DNA of 64,000 nt from NCBI GenBank assembly GCA_041398865.1, contig JAWKTY010000017.1, positions 71,499 through 135,498 of the forward strand, given 5' to 3'. Under the pieces are notes generated by a model. That model was not told the origin of the DNA, did not search any database, and was given only the letters and a program-made list of their open reading frames with translations. This stretch comes from Planctomycetaceae bacterium (lineage in GTDB: Bacteria > Planctomycetota > Planctomycetia > Planctomycetales > Planctomycetaceae). The translations under genes and the position numbers were made by a program. Positions 11,133 through 22,993 of the stretch are shown piece by piece. Position 1 is the stretch's first letter. Each line of letters starts with the position of its first letter.

Positions 11133-12713
11133 TCGTCGTCGCCAGTTTTTTGCGAATGTATTCCACCGCTGCCTTCAGCTGAGTGTCCTCGAAATCATCA
11201 TCGGTCGTTGAGCCTTCTGCGGTGGTTTTTTCGGACGCTGCTTTGTCTGGTGATTCCGGCGACTTCCCGCCACCTGCAGAATCCGTCGATTCCGCTTCGC
11301 TCGATTCCGGTTTTGCGGCACCCCTGTTGTCCGGCTCGCCGGTTTCACCAGCCGCAGTGTCAGCGGGCGCTGAAGTCTCGTTCTTCGCGTCAGCAGACGG
11401 CGGTGCGGACGTGCTGACGGATTCGTTTTCGTCGGGAGCGGCGCTCCGAACCTCGTGTTTCAGAGTATCCCGATGTGTTCGACTGCGATCCCACGCCATC
11501 CACTGACCCTGAGAAAACGGAATCAGGAAACCGTCATCCGGAGTCACGCCCCAGGCATCCGATGGCTTCATGTTTGGAAACCGGTGAATGTTTTCGCCAC
11601 TGGGCCGGTGATAGCTGGCCGTTGTCAGCTTCAGTGCGCTCTGGCCGCCTTCCATCTGAATGACGTTCTGCACGCTGCCTTTTCCCCAGGTCCGTTCTCC
11701 CACAATCACCGCTCGGTGGTTGTCCTGCAGGCAGGCGCTCAGCACTTCGCTGGCCGACGCGCTGTAATGATTCACAAGGACCGCCATGGGAACGGTTGGA
11801 AACGTTTCCGCTTCCCGAGCTGTCCATGAACGTTCTGCAACATTGCGACCCCGGACGCTGACAATTTCGCCTTCCGTCAGAAACATGTCTGCAATTTCGA
11901 TTGCTGATTCCAGGAGTCCGCCAGGGTTGAACCGCAGATCCAGAACCAGTCCCTTCAGATCCTGTTTGACCAGGGCGTCGACTGTCGAGCGCACTTCTTC
12001 GGCGGTGAATCGACTGAAGTGAGAGATCCGCAGAATCGCGATATGGTCTTCGTTCGGCAGAAAGTAGTCCCATTCGTCCCGGTCATTGTACTGATAGCCG
12101 CGAACGGTCGGTGCCTTAATCAGCTGCCGGACCAGAGTCATCTCTTCGGCTTCGCTGCGATCCGCGCGTTTGACTTTCAGCTGAACGGGTCGTCCGACCG
12201 GCCCCTGCAGTTGCCGGACAATTTCGTCCAGAGCCACGCCTTCCGTTGCCTTGCCCTCAACTTCCTGAATGACGTCTCCCGAACGAATGCCGGCTCGATA
12301 TGCCGGTGTCTGCGGCAGGGGCTGACCACCACCAGCTGGCCGTTGCGAACGTTGACCTGAACGCCAATCCCGCCGAATTCCTGTTCGACAATCTGCTGAA
12401 ACTGAGTGACGTCAGACGGAGGAATGTAGCTGGAATACTGATCCAGATGCGACATCATGCCGCGAATGGCTGCTTCGACCAGCTCCCGGCGATCAACGTC
12501 CCGCACGTAGTTCGATTCGATCTGCTGGAACGCGTCGACAAAGACGGACATCAGTTCATAGTCAGACGGCGATTTCTGAGGTACAGCATCTTCGCCGGAA
12601 ATATTTCCGAGGAACAGCAGAGCCGTCGCCGCGGGCAGGAATCGACACAGCAGGAGCGCATGAGAGGGGACTCCGGGAGGAGAAATTCGAAGGCGGGAAG
12701 ACGCAGGATACAC
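11122..12713 (-). CDS. S41 family carboxyl-terminal processing protease (frameshift at ~12319)
   Basis: N-terminal part LVEAAIRGMMSHLDQYS...GGIGVQV; C-terminal part LVLDLRFNPGGLL, SASASEV, GERTWGKGSVQ. One missing C in agc ccc tgc restores SPLPQTPAYRAGI. Confidence 0.9.
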
Positions 12714-13076
12714 GGAACACTCAGCCTGCGTCGAGACAATCGCCGAATTCTTCGCCGCTGGCCAATTTGTTCAGTTGCGGCGACCGTAGGGTGCTGACAA
12801 GCGAAGCCGCAGGCACACCTACGAGCATTCAAAGCCAGCAGCATGGTCAGCCAGCGCGGTCTGAGAGCCGCTTGTGACACCCTACATTTTCAACAGTCCA
12901 ACAAATTCGCCAGCCGTGCCGAATTCTTCGCCGCGTGCTGCTTTGCTCGCAGCGTCATCACCGGGGCGAGAGTTGAGAGTCCTGAGTCGAGGGAGGGCAC
13001 AGAGTTCAGAGACAGGAGAATGGCACTGATCGCGCTCTTCCCGAGACGTGGGTTTCCACATTGGATCTCGGACGCG

Positions 13077-14040
13077 TTACACCTGCCAGCCATGTTTCTG
13101 GAACAGCGGAACATATTCTGACGAGATCCACAGCCGATCTTCGGGATTCGCGATGGTGTGATACTTCAGCGGATGAATCAGCTGATGAGAATCGGAATTC
13201 AGATCAATCAGGTACCGCCCCGGAAGTTCCCGACGGCTCAGAAACCTCAGTTCGAACGGTTCCAGCAGAAGAGGTTCCATTGTATCGAAGATTCCCAGGT
13301 GCTGCTGACGTGCATTCCGAACGTGAGCGCGAGCCGTCTGCAGTTCGCGATCGTTTTCCGCCATGTCGCGGGCCTTGCCGGGAGGAATCACGGCTTTGAT
13401 GATGGAATCAGGCTTGTCCCAGGGATTGATGTTCGGCCAGATGAAATACGGAAACGCCATTCCCTGCTGCAGCATCCTCATGTTGTAGGTCTGAGGTCGA
13501 GGCGTCGGAACGTCGCGCTGAGGCTGATCACGATTGATGGTGCACAGAAATCTGCCGTATCCATCCATCACCTCAAAACCAAAAGTCATGTAATACGAAA
13601 ATGTCGCCAGGTCAGTGCCCATGATCCGCATGTCTTCGGCAATCATCGATCGCAGATGCGACGTTGCTCGCTCAGCATGACGATGGTGAAGAGTGCCCGG
13701 CTGGCCGTTCAGTTTGAACTGCAGCCACGATCGCAGATCATCTGGAATCGGCTGCTGGAATGCTCCCCAGCGATCATCAAAGGCCGAAGTCAGAAACTGA
13801 TTCCAGCAGCTCGTCCGCCAGATCCAGAAAATTCAGCTGAGGTCCGGGAAACGCAAAACTGACTTCCGGTGTGTCGATCCCCAGCAGTCGGACACCGATG
13901 TTTCCCTTCGGAACGACAGCCAGCGTGTCGCCATCATGAACGATTTGTTCAATCGTTCCCGGCTGCCCCGAATGGAGTCCTCCCAGTGCCACCGCGGTGG
14001 TTCGATTGGTGCGTGAATCTGTGCGAATCGCGTTGGGCAT
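13077..14040 (-). CDS. Thermonuclease/SNase-like nuclease (frameshift at ~13805)
   Basis: HDGDTL...VRLLGIDTPE in ORF 13777..14040 and MDGYGRFLC in ORF 13077..13646; the latter frame is open upstream to ~13800. Confidence 0.75.
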
Positions 14041-14051
14041 ATGGGTGAGTT

Positions 14052-14537
14052 TCAGTTGCTGAGCAGCAGACGCCGCTTTTCCTCGATGAAGGTGAGATGG
14101 TGGGGCACGTGCCCGGTCACACGTTCCAGCAGAGTTTCCAGAGTGAGCGGACCATCTGTGGAATGAACGCCTGTCCGCTGGAATTCTTCGACGTCACACG
14201 ATCGCAGAATTCCCGCGACATGTCGACGAATCTGATGAATCAGCTGCAGTTCTTCACCAACATTTCGCGAGGCATAATTCAGTCGCCGAGCGAAATCGTT
14301 CGGATCTCCCGACATCAGCGTCGGATTGTCCTCGGCCAGAACTCGCTTCATCCGGTCAGCATACACAATTTCGAAATCCGCCAGATGGCAGATCACCTGC
14401 CGTACAGACCAGCGTCCCGCAACCGGCTGTGCATCCAGCTGATCGTCCGAAAGCCCTGCCACCGCGGACATCAGCTGCTCCGGACCGGTTTCATACGTCC
14501 GAAGCAAAGCTTCCAGACTCACATCAGATTGACTCAT
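14052..14537 (-). CDS. DinB-like family protein
   Basis: GRWSVRQVICHLADFE...RTGVHSTDGPLTL...HVPHHL four-helix DinB_2 pattern. Confidence 0.85.
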   Translation of the reverse strand: MSQSDVSLEALLRTYETGPEQLMSAVAGLSDDQLDAQPVAGRWSVRQVICHLADFEIVYADRMKRVLAEDNPTLMSGDPNDFARRLNYASRNVGEELQLIHQIRRHVAGILRSCDVEEFQRTGVHSTDGPLTLETLLERVTGHVPHHLTFIEEKRRLLLSN

Positions 14538-14692
14538 CTCGATCCTCAAAGTGCAACAGGAACAACGACCACGTCGCGTGACAAACACACCACGCCCTCC
14601 AGTATAGACGTTTGATTCAGGAAAGACGCGTCAGCGCTGCACAGGTGAGCTGAGAAGAAGATCCGTCAGCGCAGCAACGGGTAGTCGACCTG

Positions 14693-15682
14693 TCACATCA
14701 GGGAATGTGCTGACAGCAGGTCGAAGAAATCCGGCGGTGGCGAGCTGCGGAATGTCAGGTCCGCTCTCAGGATCGGGTGATGGAAGGCGAGTTGGGCTGC
14801 GTGCAGAGCGTGGCGGGTTGTTGTGGCCGATGCATCCGGGTGACTGGTGGGTTTCAGTGTGTCATGAGGCCCGTAGAAATCGTCACCGAGGATGGGATGT
14901 CCCACATGTGACAGATGGACGCGGATCTGGTGATTTCGTCCGGTGTGCAGTCGACATGACACCAGGCACGCATTTCGGAACTGCCTGATGACGGTCACGT
15001 CTGTCCGAGCGGTGCGAGCATTCAGGGCATTGTCGGCGGCTGACATCAGGACGGAGCGTCCGCCCGGTCTGTGGCCGATTGCGCGATTGATGCTGAGTTC
15101 ATGGAAAGCCGGTCTGCCCTCGACGATCGCCAGATAGCTTTTCGACATTCGACCGTTCTGAAAGTCAGCCGACAGTTCCCGATGACTCTTCTGGTCCTTG
15201 GCCACGACCAGCAGTCCGCTGGTCATGCGGTCCAGTCGATGAACGATTCCCGGCCGCAGCAGACCGGGCGCCCATGTCTGCTGATCCAGATGAGCCTGCA
15301 GAATGTTGGACAATGTGCCGTCCTGAAACTCTCCGACCGGATGAGCCACCAGCCCGATCGGCTTGTCCACAACCAGCAGCCACGGATCTTCGTAAACAAT
15401 CGGAAATGGTCGCGAAAGTGGCAGCAGCAGCTGATCGGGCGGGACAGTCAGTCTCACGGTGACCATCTGTCCGGCAGATACTCGCTGATCCCATTCCGCT
15501 CGCATGTCGTTCACACGAACGGCTCCGGCTTCCACCAGTCTCATCAGTCGCCATGGCGTGTAGTTCCGCAGATGGCGGGACAGGAACGAATCGATTCGGA
15601 TTCCCGAATAACAGCGTTCGACGACAAAGCAGACGTGGTCCGCATCCGGCATTCCCGGGTTCACGTCGCTGCCGGTCGTCAT
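14693..15682 (-). CDS. RluA/RluD family pseudouridine synthase
   Basis: S4-like N-terminus, VVDKPIGLVAHP, IVHRLDRMTSG (catalytic Asp), TGRNHQIRVH, GHPILGD. Confidence 0.93.
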   Translation of the reverse strand: MTTGSDVNPGMPDADHVCFVVERCYSGIRIDSFLSRHLRNYTPWRLMRLVEAGAVRVNDMRAEWDQRVSAGQMVTVRLTVPPDQLLLPLSRPFPIVYEDPWLLVVDKPIGLVAHPVGEFQDGTLSNILQAHLDQQTWAPGLLRPGIVHRLDRMTSGLLVVAKDQKSHRELSADFQNGRMSKSYLAIVEGRPAFHELSINRAIGHRPGGRSVLMSAADNALNARTARTDVTVIRQFRNACLVSCRLHTGRNHQIRVHLSHVGHPILGDDFYGPHDTLKPTSHPDASATTTRHALHAAQLAFHHPILRADLTFRSSPPPDFFDLLSAHSLM

Positions 15683-16074
15683 TCCATGGAACCCAGCACC
15701 ACCAGGCCCCCGAAAACGACGATCAGGAGAAAGTTGAGGGTGAGTCCAAGAATGGCAAACAGCTTCCGGCGGTCCGGCTGAAACAGGGCCACAAGTGCCA
15801 GCACAATCGAGACGACCATCAGCATCATGGCAAAGATTCCGGACAGTCCGATGATGATAAGTTTAGGATCATCGTCGGGCACTGCATCTGGGTTCGGACC
15901 GAGCACCACAATGGTCAGGACGAGCAGGCCGAGCAGCGACATGCCCGCAAACAGACTGGTGACAAACGACGCGATTCCCGGGCCGGAATGTGGAAGAACC
16001 GGACGCTGCGTCGTGGGCATTCCATAGGGATTGTCGAACCGGGAATCGTTGACAACAAACTGTTCATCCTTCAC
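15679..16074 (-). CDS. Small membrane protein (three predicted TM helices)
   Basis: 131-aa ORF with three hydrophobic segments; 4-bp overlap with the pseudouridine synthase start. Confidence 0.65.
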   Translation of the reverse strand: MKDEQFVVNDSRFDNPYGMPTTQRPVLPHSGPGIASFVTSLFAGMSLLGLLVLTIVVLGPNPDAVPDDDPKLIIIGLSGIFAMMLMVVSIVLALVALFQPDRRKLFAILGLTLNFLLIVVFGGLVVLGSME

Positions 16075-16181
16075 TTAACACCTCTTCTATGCATGCGCTG
16101 TTTCCCGGGCTTCGGCTCGGAAAAGAGATTCCGGCTGGTCCCCATGTCCCGCGGCTCAGCACGGTTCATCGACCAGTGTCT

Positions 16182-16240
16182 GTAGGTCAGGCTCCTGCCT
16201 GACGATCGGATCAGAACTGTCAGTCAGGAGCCTGGAGTGG
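16182..16240. repeat. REPIN-like element, GTAG-GTCAGGCTCCTGCCTGAC family
   Basis: GTAG + hairpin GTCAGGC-TCCT-GCCTGAC, 15-nt spacer, degenerate inverted copy; a further degenerate copy at ~16263-16283. Confidence 0.8.
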
Positions 16241-16339
16241 CAGGAATCCGGAGTGAACATGGCTCAGCAGGACCCTGATCTACAGAGATCCTGAACTCTT
16301 TACCGTTTTGAGCTGAGCCGCTGACTCCTTTCCGGCAGC

Positions 16340-17446
16340 TCAGCACCGTACATCGACGAGCGGTTCTCCCAGAATATCAAATCGAGGCTGAATCCCCAGT
16401 CCGGGTTCGGTGGACGCCGACATCCGACCGTTGATTCTCTGAGGAGCTCCGGTGGCATTACTGACCGTCACATAGCTGTTAAAGTCCGTGCTGGTGAAGA
16501 GGAATTCCGGCGGAGTGCTGTGGGCCAGATGAGCAATCGCTGCCGTTGTGATGTCGCCTCCCCAGCTGTCTTCCAGCGTCATGGCGATGCCGAGCGACAG
16601 ACACAGGTCCCGAGCCTGTCGGGTTTTGGTGAGTCCTCCCAGCTTGCTGATTTTCAGGTTCACAACATCGGCGGCCAGGTCCGAATGAGCTCGCAGAAGC
16701 ATTTCGATGCTGTCGATGTGTTCGTCCATCACAAACGGGTGGTCTGTTCGTCGTCGAATGGACAGACATTCCTCATAGGACAGACAGGGCTGTTCGATGT
16801 AAACGTCAATGTCCCGAACGCCTCGAACAACTCGAGCGGCTTCGTGCATCAGCCAGCCGGTATTGGCGTCGGCCACCAGTTTGTCACCCGGCTCCAGAAT
16901 TTTTCGCACTGCTCGAATGCGTTCGATGTCTTCATCAGGATTGCCTCCCACTTTCAGCTGAAAACGACGATATCCCTGCTGCCGATAGTCGGCCACATTG
17001 GCTGCCATGATCTCCGGAGGCTGCTGCGAAATGGCTCGATAAAGCACGAAGTCCTCACCGTAACGACCTCCCAGAAGTTCGCAGACCGGCAGGCCGGCGA
17101 CCTGTCCCAGCAGATCCCAGCAGGCGATGTCGATTCCGGATTTCACATACGGATGTCCTTTCATCGCTCGGTCCATCAGTCGGTTCAGGGCTCCCAGCTG
17201 ACAGGGGTTCTGGCCGATCAGATGAGGAGCCAGTTCCTGGATCCCGGCTCGTACTCCCGACGCATAAGCCGGAAGATAGAATGGCCCCAGCGGACAGACT
17301 TCGCCGTGCCCGGCCAGTCCGGTGTCCGTTTCGACTCGAACAATCGTGCTGTCGAACACGTCCACTGATTTCCCGCCGGACCATTTGTAGCTGCCTTCGT
17401 ACAGAGGAAGATCGACCTTCCAGGCAGCAATTCGAATGATTCGCAT
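16340..17446 (-). CDS. Mandelate racemase/muconate lactonizing enzyme family, cis-3-hydroxy-L-proline dehydratase-like
   Basis: [14 protein letters not shown]...[10 protein letters not shown]...[15 protein letters not shown]-terminus; QLKVG, DAN, EQP, DE metal ligands, [13 protein letters not shown]. Confidence 0.85.
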   Translation of the reverse strand: MRIIRIAAWKVDLPLYEGSYKWSGGKSVDVFDSTIVRVETDTGLAGHGEVCPLGPFYLPAYASGVRAGIQELAPHLIGQNPCQLGALNRLMDRAMKGHPYVKSGIDIACWDLLGQVAGLPVCELLGGRYGEDFVLYRAISQQPPEIMAANVADYRQQGYRRFQLKVGGNPDEDIERIRAVRKILEPGDKLVADANTGWLMHEAARVVRGVRDIDVYIEQPCLSYEECLSIRRRTDHPFVMDEHIDSIEMLLRAHSDLAADVVNLKISKLGGLTKTRQARDLCLSLGIAMTLEDSWGGDITTAAIAHLAHSTPPEFLFTSTDFNSYVTVSNATGAPQRINGRMSASTEPGLGIQPRFDILGEPLVDVRC

Positions 17447-17950
17447 GTTGTGTTTCCGTTGGAACTTGCCGTGTTGAGATCTGGTCGGAACCGAGCGAGG
17501 ACGGCCTCAAAGCTCAGTCGTGTTTCGCCGACTGAAAAATATCAGATCATTAAGACCAGGGTTTTCCTGAAACTCCACAGACAGAAATGTCTGTGCCACC
17601 TGACGCAGATCGGCCGCCCAAACAGCTGGTCAGGTTCCCGCCAGACGATTTTCATCCAATTTTCAGACGGGAAACAGACCTGCATACTCAGACGGGGTCC
17701 TCTCTACCGACATTCCCGTTCGTCAGCACAGCGTCAGGAAAATCCTCGGGCGCGGAGGATAGCGAGATCCGGTGGAAATCGGGAGTGAACGAACCAATCC
17801 GTCGGAACGCACGGTGAATGTGTCAGGCAGTATCGCAGCGGGATTGCATCCGGTGCGGTGTCAGGCATGATTTGATGAGCAGGACGGCCTTTCCAGGCCG
17901 TCATACAGTCACTCATTCGAATATTGACAGACCACTCGTGTTTGCCTGGC

Positions 17951-18878
17951 CTACCGCATCGGCTGATAGATGTCCGTGATCAGTTCCGATTCCGGAGTCA
18001 CGTCGGGATCGTTTCGGTAGATTTCAAACGGCGGAATCCGACCTGTCTTCAGGCGGCGGTATCGAACCATCTGCTGCAGGGTGCTCCAGCTGTTCGCCAG
18101 ATGGCGATAGGCACCCACATGAGTCACCTGAAATGCCGTACACGCGGGAATATCGACGACTGCAAGTCCGGCCGGCGGCGACGTTCCTTCGGGGACGACG
18201 GCACCGGCCAGAAAATCGAAGGTCTGAGCCAGGATGTCGTATTTGAAACAGACAGTCGCGATTCCGGTGAAGCCTGAAATGCCGGCAGCCCGCAGTTTCT
18301 CTGTCACTCGAGGAATCAGAACCTGCATCACGTCTCCGATTTCTTCAATGCCGGAGCGTGCTCTTCGCCGATGATGCGGAGTGGCCCGACGCTCTGAAGA
18401 TTTCGGACCCTCGACTGCGAGTCGACTCGGCCGGATTCGATGTAATCCTTCACCATCTTCAGACCTCGGGCATAGTCCATCCCGATATAGGCTTCCATCC
18501 GGCGCACCATCCAGAACATGAACCACGGCAGCGAGCCATTCAGGTACCATGAAAGCACGGCTCCTCCGTTCGCGGGTTCCACTTCAAAGCCGACGCGGAG
18601 ACGCTTTTCCACGGTTTGAGGAAGCGAATTTCATCGTCGCTGCGACGACCGTTTTCCAGAATCTGGTGTTCAACTTCACCGGAACCGACGACTGTCCCCT
18701 GCCACGAATACGTATCCCCCACGTCGCGGCCGGTGCCGGTCACGGTCACTCTGGCATCCGGTTCTGCGCACAGCCAGGGTGACCAGAATTTCCAGCTCCT
18801 GAAGTCCGTCACCACGCTGAAGACTTCCTGAGGGTCTGCGTTGATGTGGATCGAGCGGCGTACGTTTAACTGTGGCAT
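17951..18878 (-). CDS. SRPBCC-domain + GyrI-like small-molecule-binding protein (two frameshifts, ~18595 and ~18355)
   Basis: Three ORF pieces join: RSIHINADPQEVFSVVTDFRSWKFWSPW; GSLPWFMFWM...GMDYARGLKMVKDYIE; HVGAYRHLANSW...FEIYRNDP. Confidence 0.8.
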
Positions 18879-19084
18879 GCGGTCGGCTCAGAAATGCGAT
18901 TGGCCCCTGCAGAGAAACGCAAAGTAAAGCGACCTGTCTCCTGCTGTCAATCCAGCGCGGCACGATCGCATGATGGTCGGTGCGAGTCCGTCCGAGAAGG
19001 CCCAAAAGAAGCGGGCGGCTGCCTGAAATCAGACACCGCCCGTCAAATTGACAGAAGAGTGATCGGATGTCCGGTGATCGGCAG

Positions 19085-19537
19085 TCAGTCGGCAGCACCG
19101 ACGTCCAGCATCACGGCATCCATCAGCAGCGATCCTTCCGCAATGTGCAGGTCGACAAACATTTCCATCCAGTCTCTCAGTTCACAGGAAATCTGATCGG
19201 CGACGGCCACCCAGGATTCCTCATTCTGAATTCGATCGCGCAGCTGTCGGAGACTGTAGTCCAGATGCAGTTTTTTCAGATGCATCGTCAGCACTCTGCG
19301 ATCCCATCCCGGGAACTCATCCAGCACATCGGACAGATATCCTCCGTCTTCGTCGAACAGGTGGCGTTCCCGAGGCATCAGTTCCACCAGAACGTTCAGA
19401 ACTTCCACCAGCCAGCGTTTGTTGGATTCGTCAGGCGTTTCCTCCAGCAGGTCCCGCAGGTCTCCCAGCAACAGATACTGAAACTCGTTGCATTCCGTCA
19501 TTGTGCGAATCTGGGCAATACGTGAATTCTTGGCCAT
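19085..19537 (-). CDS. Conserved hypothetical helical protein
   Basis: Coherent ORF (YLLLGDLRDLLEE...EDGGYLSDVLDEFP) with normal codon usage; no motif recognised. Confidence 0.6.
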   Translation of the reverse strand: MAKNSRIAQIRTMTECNEFQYLLLGDLRDLLEETPDESNKRWLVEVLNVLVELMPRERHLFDEDGGYLSDVLDEFPGWDRRVLTMHLKKLHLDYSLRQLRDRIQNEESWVAVADQISCELRDWMEMFVDLHIAEGSLLMDAVMLDVGAAD

Positions 19538-19861
19538 CGGGAAGGCTCCTTCTGTCTGGATTTCAGTCACACGGAAACGCGTTCCACCGCACGCTGCGGC
19601 AGAGTTCTACATACACAAACTCCGAAAATACAGAATCGTTCAAAAGACCGGGTCTTCAGCAGACTCGGCGATGCTGAACACCTGAGCATACCCGCCGTGG
19701 GTCAGCGGTCAAGATGGATTTAGCCCGGCGGGGCCTTCCGTCTGATTTTGTTCAGAAAAACGCTTGAGCTGCCGATTCGGAAAACTTTCCGTTTCGTATC
19801 ACAGTCCCGGGGGGAATGCGTGGGGAATCTCGGACAGAAGGAGGTACCAACGTGGAGTCAG

Positions 19862-22291
19862 TCAGTCACGCGCGGCGCTGCGGTGATCAGCTTCATCGTG
19901 ACTGCCTTCGACATTGTTTACCGACAGCTCGCGATGGATTCTTCGCTCAATCAGGTGACCAAGCGGTCCGGCCAGCAACGCGGGAAGATAGATCACGTCC
20001 CCCAGCAGAGCAGCAAAGACAAGCGCGGCCATCAGCCACCCAAAGCGGCTGACCAACAGCAAGTCCGCAGCCAGCAGAACCAGCAGCCCGAAACAGATGA
20101 TCGCCGTCGTATACCACATCGCGGTGCCGCAGTGAGCCAGAGATTCGACGACGGCCTGTTCGCGCGTATAGCCTCGGCGGATCCCCTGATCGAACCAAGT
20201 GAGAAGATGCACGGTTCCGTCAATCGCAATTCCCAGCGCGACCGATGCGGTCACCATTGAGCCGATGTCGACGGGAAGGTCGACCCAGGACAGCAGCCCA
20301 AAGACCAGAAAAATCGGAGCGACGTTGGGCAGCATCGCCAGCACACCTGATGCTGTTCCTCGCAGCTGAATCACCAGAATGATGACGATCAGCACAAATG
20401 CCAGACCAAAACTTTCAATGAGGCTCTGCAGAACGGCATCCTGAGTCCTCAGGAACAGCGGAACAGTTCCGGTCATAAACGCCTTCACATCGTGATGGCC
20501 CTCAAGTGCCACTTCGACCTGCCTGCGAATGTCAGCAGTCATCCTGCTGAATTCCGTGTCGGTCAGAGCGGACGAATAGGCTTTGATTCGCCAAACCTCA
20601 GTGCCGGCAGCGATCGTCGGAATGTGCTGAGCCTCAGGAATGTCCAGCGTCGACTGAACTCTGCGAGCCAGTTCCTGCGATGGCCCGGATTCGGAATTCA
20701 GGCGGCGATTGATTTCGTTGGCCGCTTTTGAATAGACAACCCGAGTCATCCGGGATGAATTGGCGTCCGGTTCCTGAAGTCGAGGACAGAATTCGGCAAA
20801 CGACAGCGTTCCGGAAACGTCTGCCAGAGTTTTGACCTGAGCTTCAACAGATCGAATCAGTTCCGCTCGAGCAAAAACAGAACGAGGGTCGTCCGGAATG
20901 TTCTCAAACGCAACAGCCACATCAATGGCAATCAAACCGCAGATGTTGTCTTCAATGAAGACGTGATCTCGGACGACGGCGGAATGTTCCGGAAAAAAAC
21001 GAACCAGCCGTGTTTCCGTGCGAATCCGAACCAATCCGGCAGCAGCAGTGATGGTGACAGCCACACAGGCGATATTAAATACCTTCTGATGCCGGACGAT
21101 CACTGTGGCCAGCCAGCGCCAGAATCGAGTATCAGCGGTCGACACAGAAACCTGGGACGGAGACCACAGAATTAACAGCGCCGGCAGCCCCAGCAGTACC
21201 ATCACGGCGGAAATCACGACCCCCACAGCCGCCAGCAGCCCGAAGTGTCGCACCGGTGTCAGGTCACTCGTCAGCAGACTCAACATGCCGATCGCAGTTG
21301 TCCCCACAGCCAGAACACACGGTCGTGCTGCAATGTTCTGAGCCACGGCCACGGCTCCGGGGGGATCGGTCAGAAATGCGTGCTTCCAGTAATTTACCAG
21401 GTGAATGGCTCCGGATAATGTCAGAACCGTCATCAGCGTGGGAATGACCACCAGCACCATGTTCATCGATCCTCCGCACAGGGGAATCAGCACTGTTGTG
21501 ACGGCAGCCGTAAACACGGAAACACTCAGAACCATTGCAGCCAGACGCAGACTGCGCAGCAGAATCAAAGCCAGAAAAACACTGACCAGCGCCGAACCGA
21601 TGGACGGCGAGCGTTTCAGAATCCGCCACCACGGAACCGATGGATTCCACTGAGTCGTCCGGACACCGTCATTCAGGGCCGCCGAAGTCACAACGCCTCC
21701 AGCCAGATGCAGCTCTGAGGCGGGAATGCCGACTTTCAAACAGGCCTGCTGCACGAACTGCACGATCTGTTCATGCGTGGCAGCAGAGTTGCGAAGGTGA
21801 GCCAGCAGGACAATGGGAGAATTCGGAGCCGGGCCCATCAGGACACCCTCCAGCCGCTGTCTGGCTGACTCTTCCGAAACACCGGCCGACATAATCTGAT
21901 CCACCACATCCCGCGGCGTGGTCAGCCGGTGGATGCCCATCTCGTGGGCCGCCTGAGTCGACAGCTGGTCACTGAGTTCGATCGCGCGGTGATCCTCCCA
22001 CGACGATGAATCCCAGGTAATCACAATGGTTTCGTCGTCCTCAAATTCCCGCTGAAACCACGCCAGCACCCGACGTTCGGGGTCGTCCTCCGGAAGCCAT
22101 TCCTCGACGGAATTCTCGAGGTGAATCGTGCTGAGCTCCCAGACGATTGGCCCGATGCTGACCGCCAGAACGATGACAAACCACAGCGCAAACGGATTGT
22201 TCCAGCGGTCTCGCTTCGCCAGAAACCACTTACTGCGAATTCGCCCGCTGCGATCCGGCCCGGTTTCCTTCGCCGGTGGTTCTGATGACAT
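19862..22291 (-). CDS. MMPL/RND-family transporter
   Basis: Two repeats of TM bundles plus periplasmic loops; SGAIHLVNYW and ALGIAIDGTVHLL motifs; FGLLAAVG and FGWLMAALV. Confidence 0.88.
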   Translation of the reverse strand: MSSEPPAKETGPDRSGRIRSKWFLAKRDRWNNPFALWFVIVLAVSIGPIVWELSTIHLENSVEEWLPEDDPERRVLAWFQREFEDDETIVITWDSSSWEDHRAIELSDQLSTQAAHEMGIHRLTTPRDVVDQIMSAGVSEESARQRLEGVLMGPAPNSPIVLLAHLRNSAATHEQIVQFVQQACLKVGIPASELHLAGGVVTSAALNDGVRTTQWNPSVPWWRILKRSPSIGSALVSVFLALILLRSLRLAAMVLSVSVFTAAVTTVLIPLCGGSMNMVLVVIPTLMTVLTLSGAIHLVNYWKHAFLTDPPGAVAVAQNIAARPCVLAVGTTAIGMLSLLTSDLTPVRHFGLLAAVGVVISAVMVLLGLPALLILWSPSQVSVSTADTRFWRWLATVIVRHQKVFNIACVAVTITAAAGLVRIRTETRLVRFFPEHSAVVRDHVFIEDNICGLIAIDVAVAFENIPDDPRSVFARAELIRSVEAQVKTLADVSGTLSFAEFCPRLQEPDANSSRMTRVVYSKAANEINRRLNSESGPSQELARRVQSTLDIPEAQHIPTIAAGTEVWRIKAYSSALTDTEFSRMTADIRRQVEVALEGHHDVKAFMTGTVPLFLRTQDAVLQSLIESFGLAFVLIVIILVIQLRGTASGVLAMLPNVAPIFLVFGLLSWVDLPVDIGSMVTASVALGIAIDGTVHLLTWFDQGIRRGYTREQAVVESLAHCGTAMWYTTAIICFGLLVLLAADLLLVSRFGWLMAALVFAALLGDVIYLPALLAGPLGHLIERRIHRELSVNNVEGSHDEADHRSAARD

Positions 22292-22993
22292 GAAACAATT
22301 CCCAGCCCGTCTTGTGCATTCCCGAACGAAGCGTTTGCTCCGCCCCCGATCCGTCCACCGCATCAGACCAATTTCGGTCTGCAGCCACACTTCTTCCTAC
22401 AGGCCAGCGAGAACCTCACAGACCGGGAGTGCCAATTCCGCCGAAAGTGTTTGTTCTGGCAACGTATCTTTCTGTTTTGGCCTCGCGTGAACAAGGATGC
22501 CCGGCTGGTTTTACCTTTTTCGGGATGGCACCTGATGCAGGACCGCAGAACTGTCAGCAGCGCCATCTGCATTGATTCTCGCAATCCGGACAACCGTGCA
22601 CGTCCGCACAGATTGATTTTTGCAGTCTGGCCTCGGCCCGGCGACCGCAGAAAATACAGGCAATTCTGTTAGCTCTGATCTTGATATCTTGATCGAACGA
22701 GGTCAATTCAGGAGCAACAGATGCTCCTCCGGCGACATGTCTTCAGCCAAAGAACTCCGGCATTGCGATATTGGAGAATAGATGTGGAAATCATTGCCTA
22801 CCAAACGGGTCCTATGTAATAATTCCCGCACTAGGAATCTCAGAAATCTTCCATCACACATGTTTGCGTGTACACCCTCCACCAACCAAATGCAACCTTT
22901 TGAGTGCATTTCTCGCTCTCAACGGACAGTTTAAGGTCCGGGATTCCCCGGATTGATTTCCTCTTTTACTCATCAGTTCATTGAAAGGTTCCC

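Noticed and set aside
12965-13020. GAGA-rich quasi-periodic tract (gagagttgagagtcctgagtcgagg...)
   Set aside because: Too short and degenerate to define a repeat unit or function from this window.
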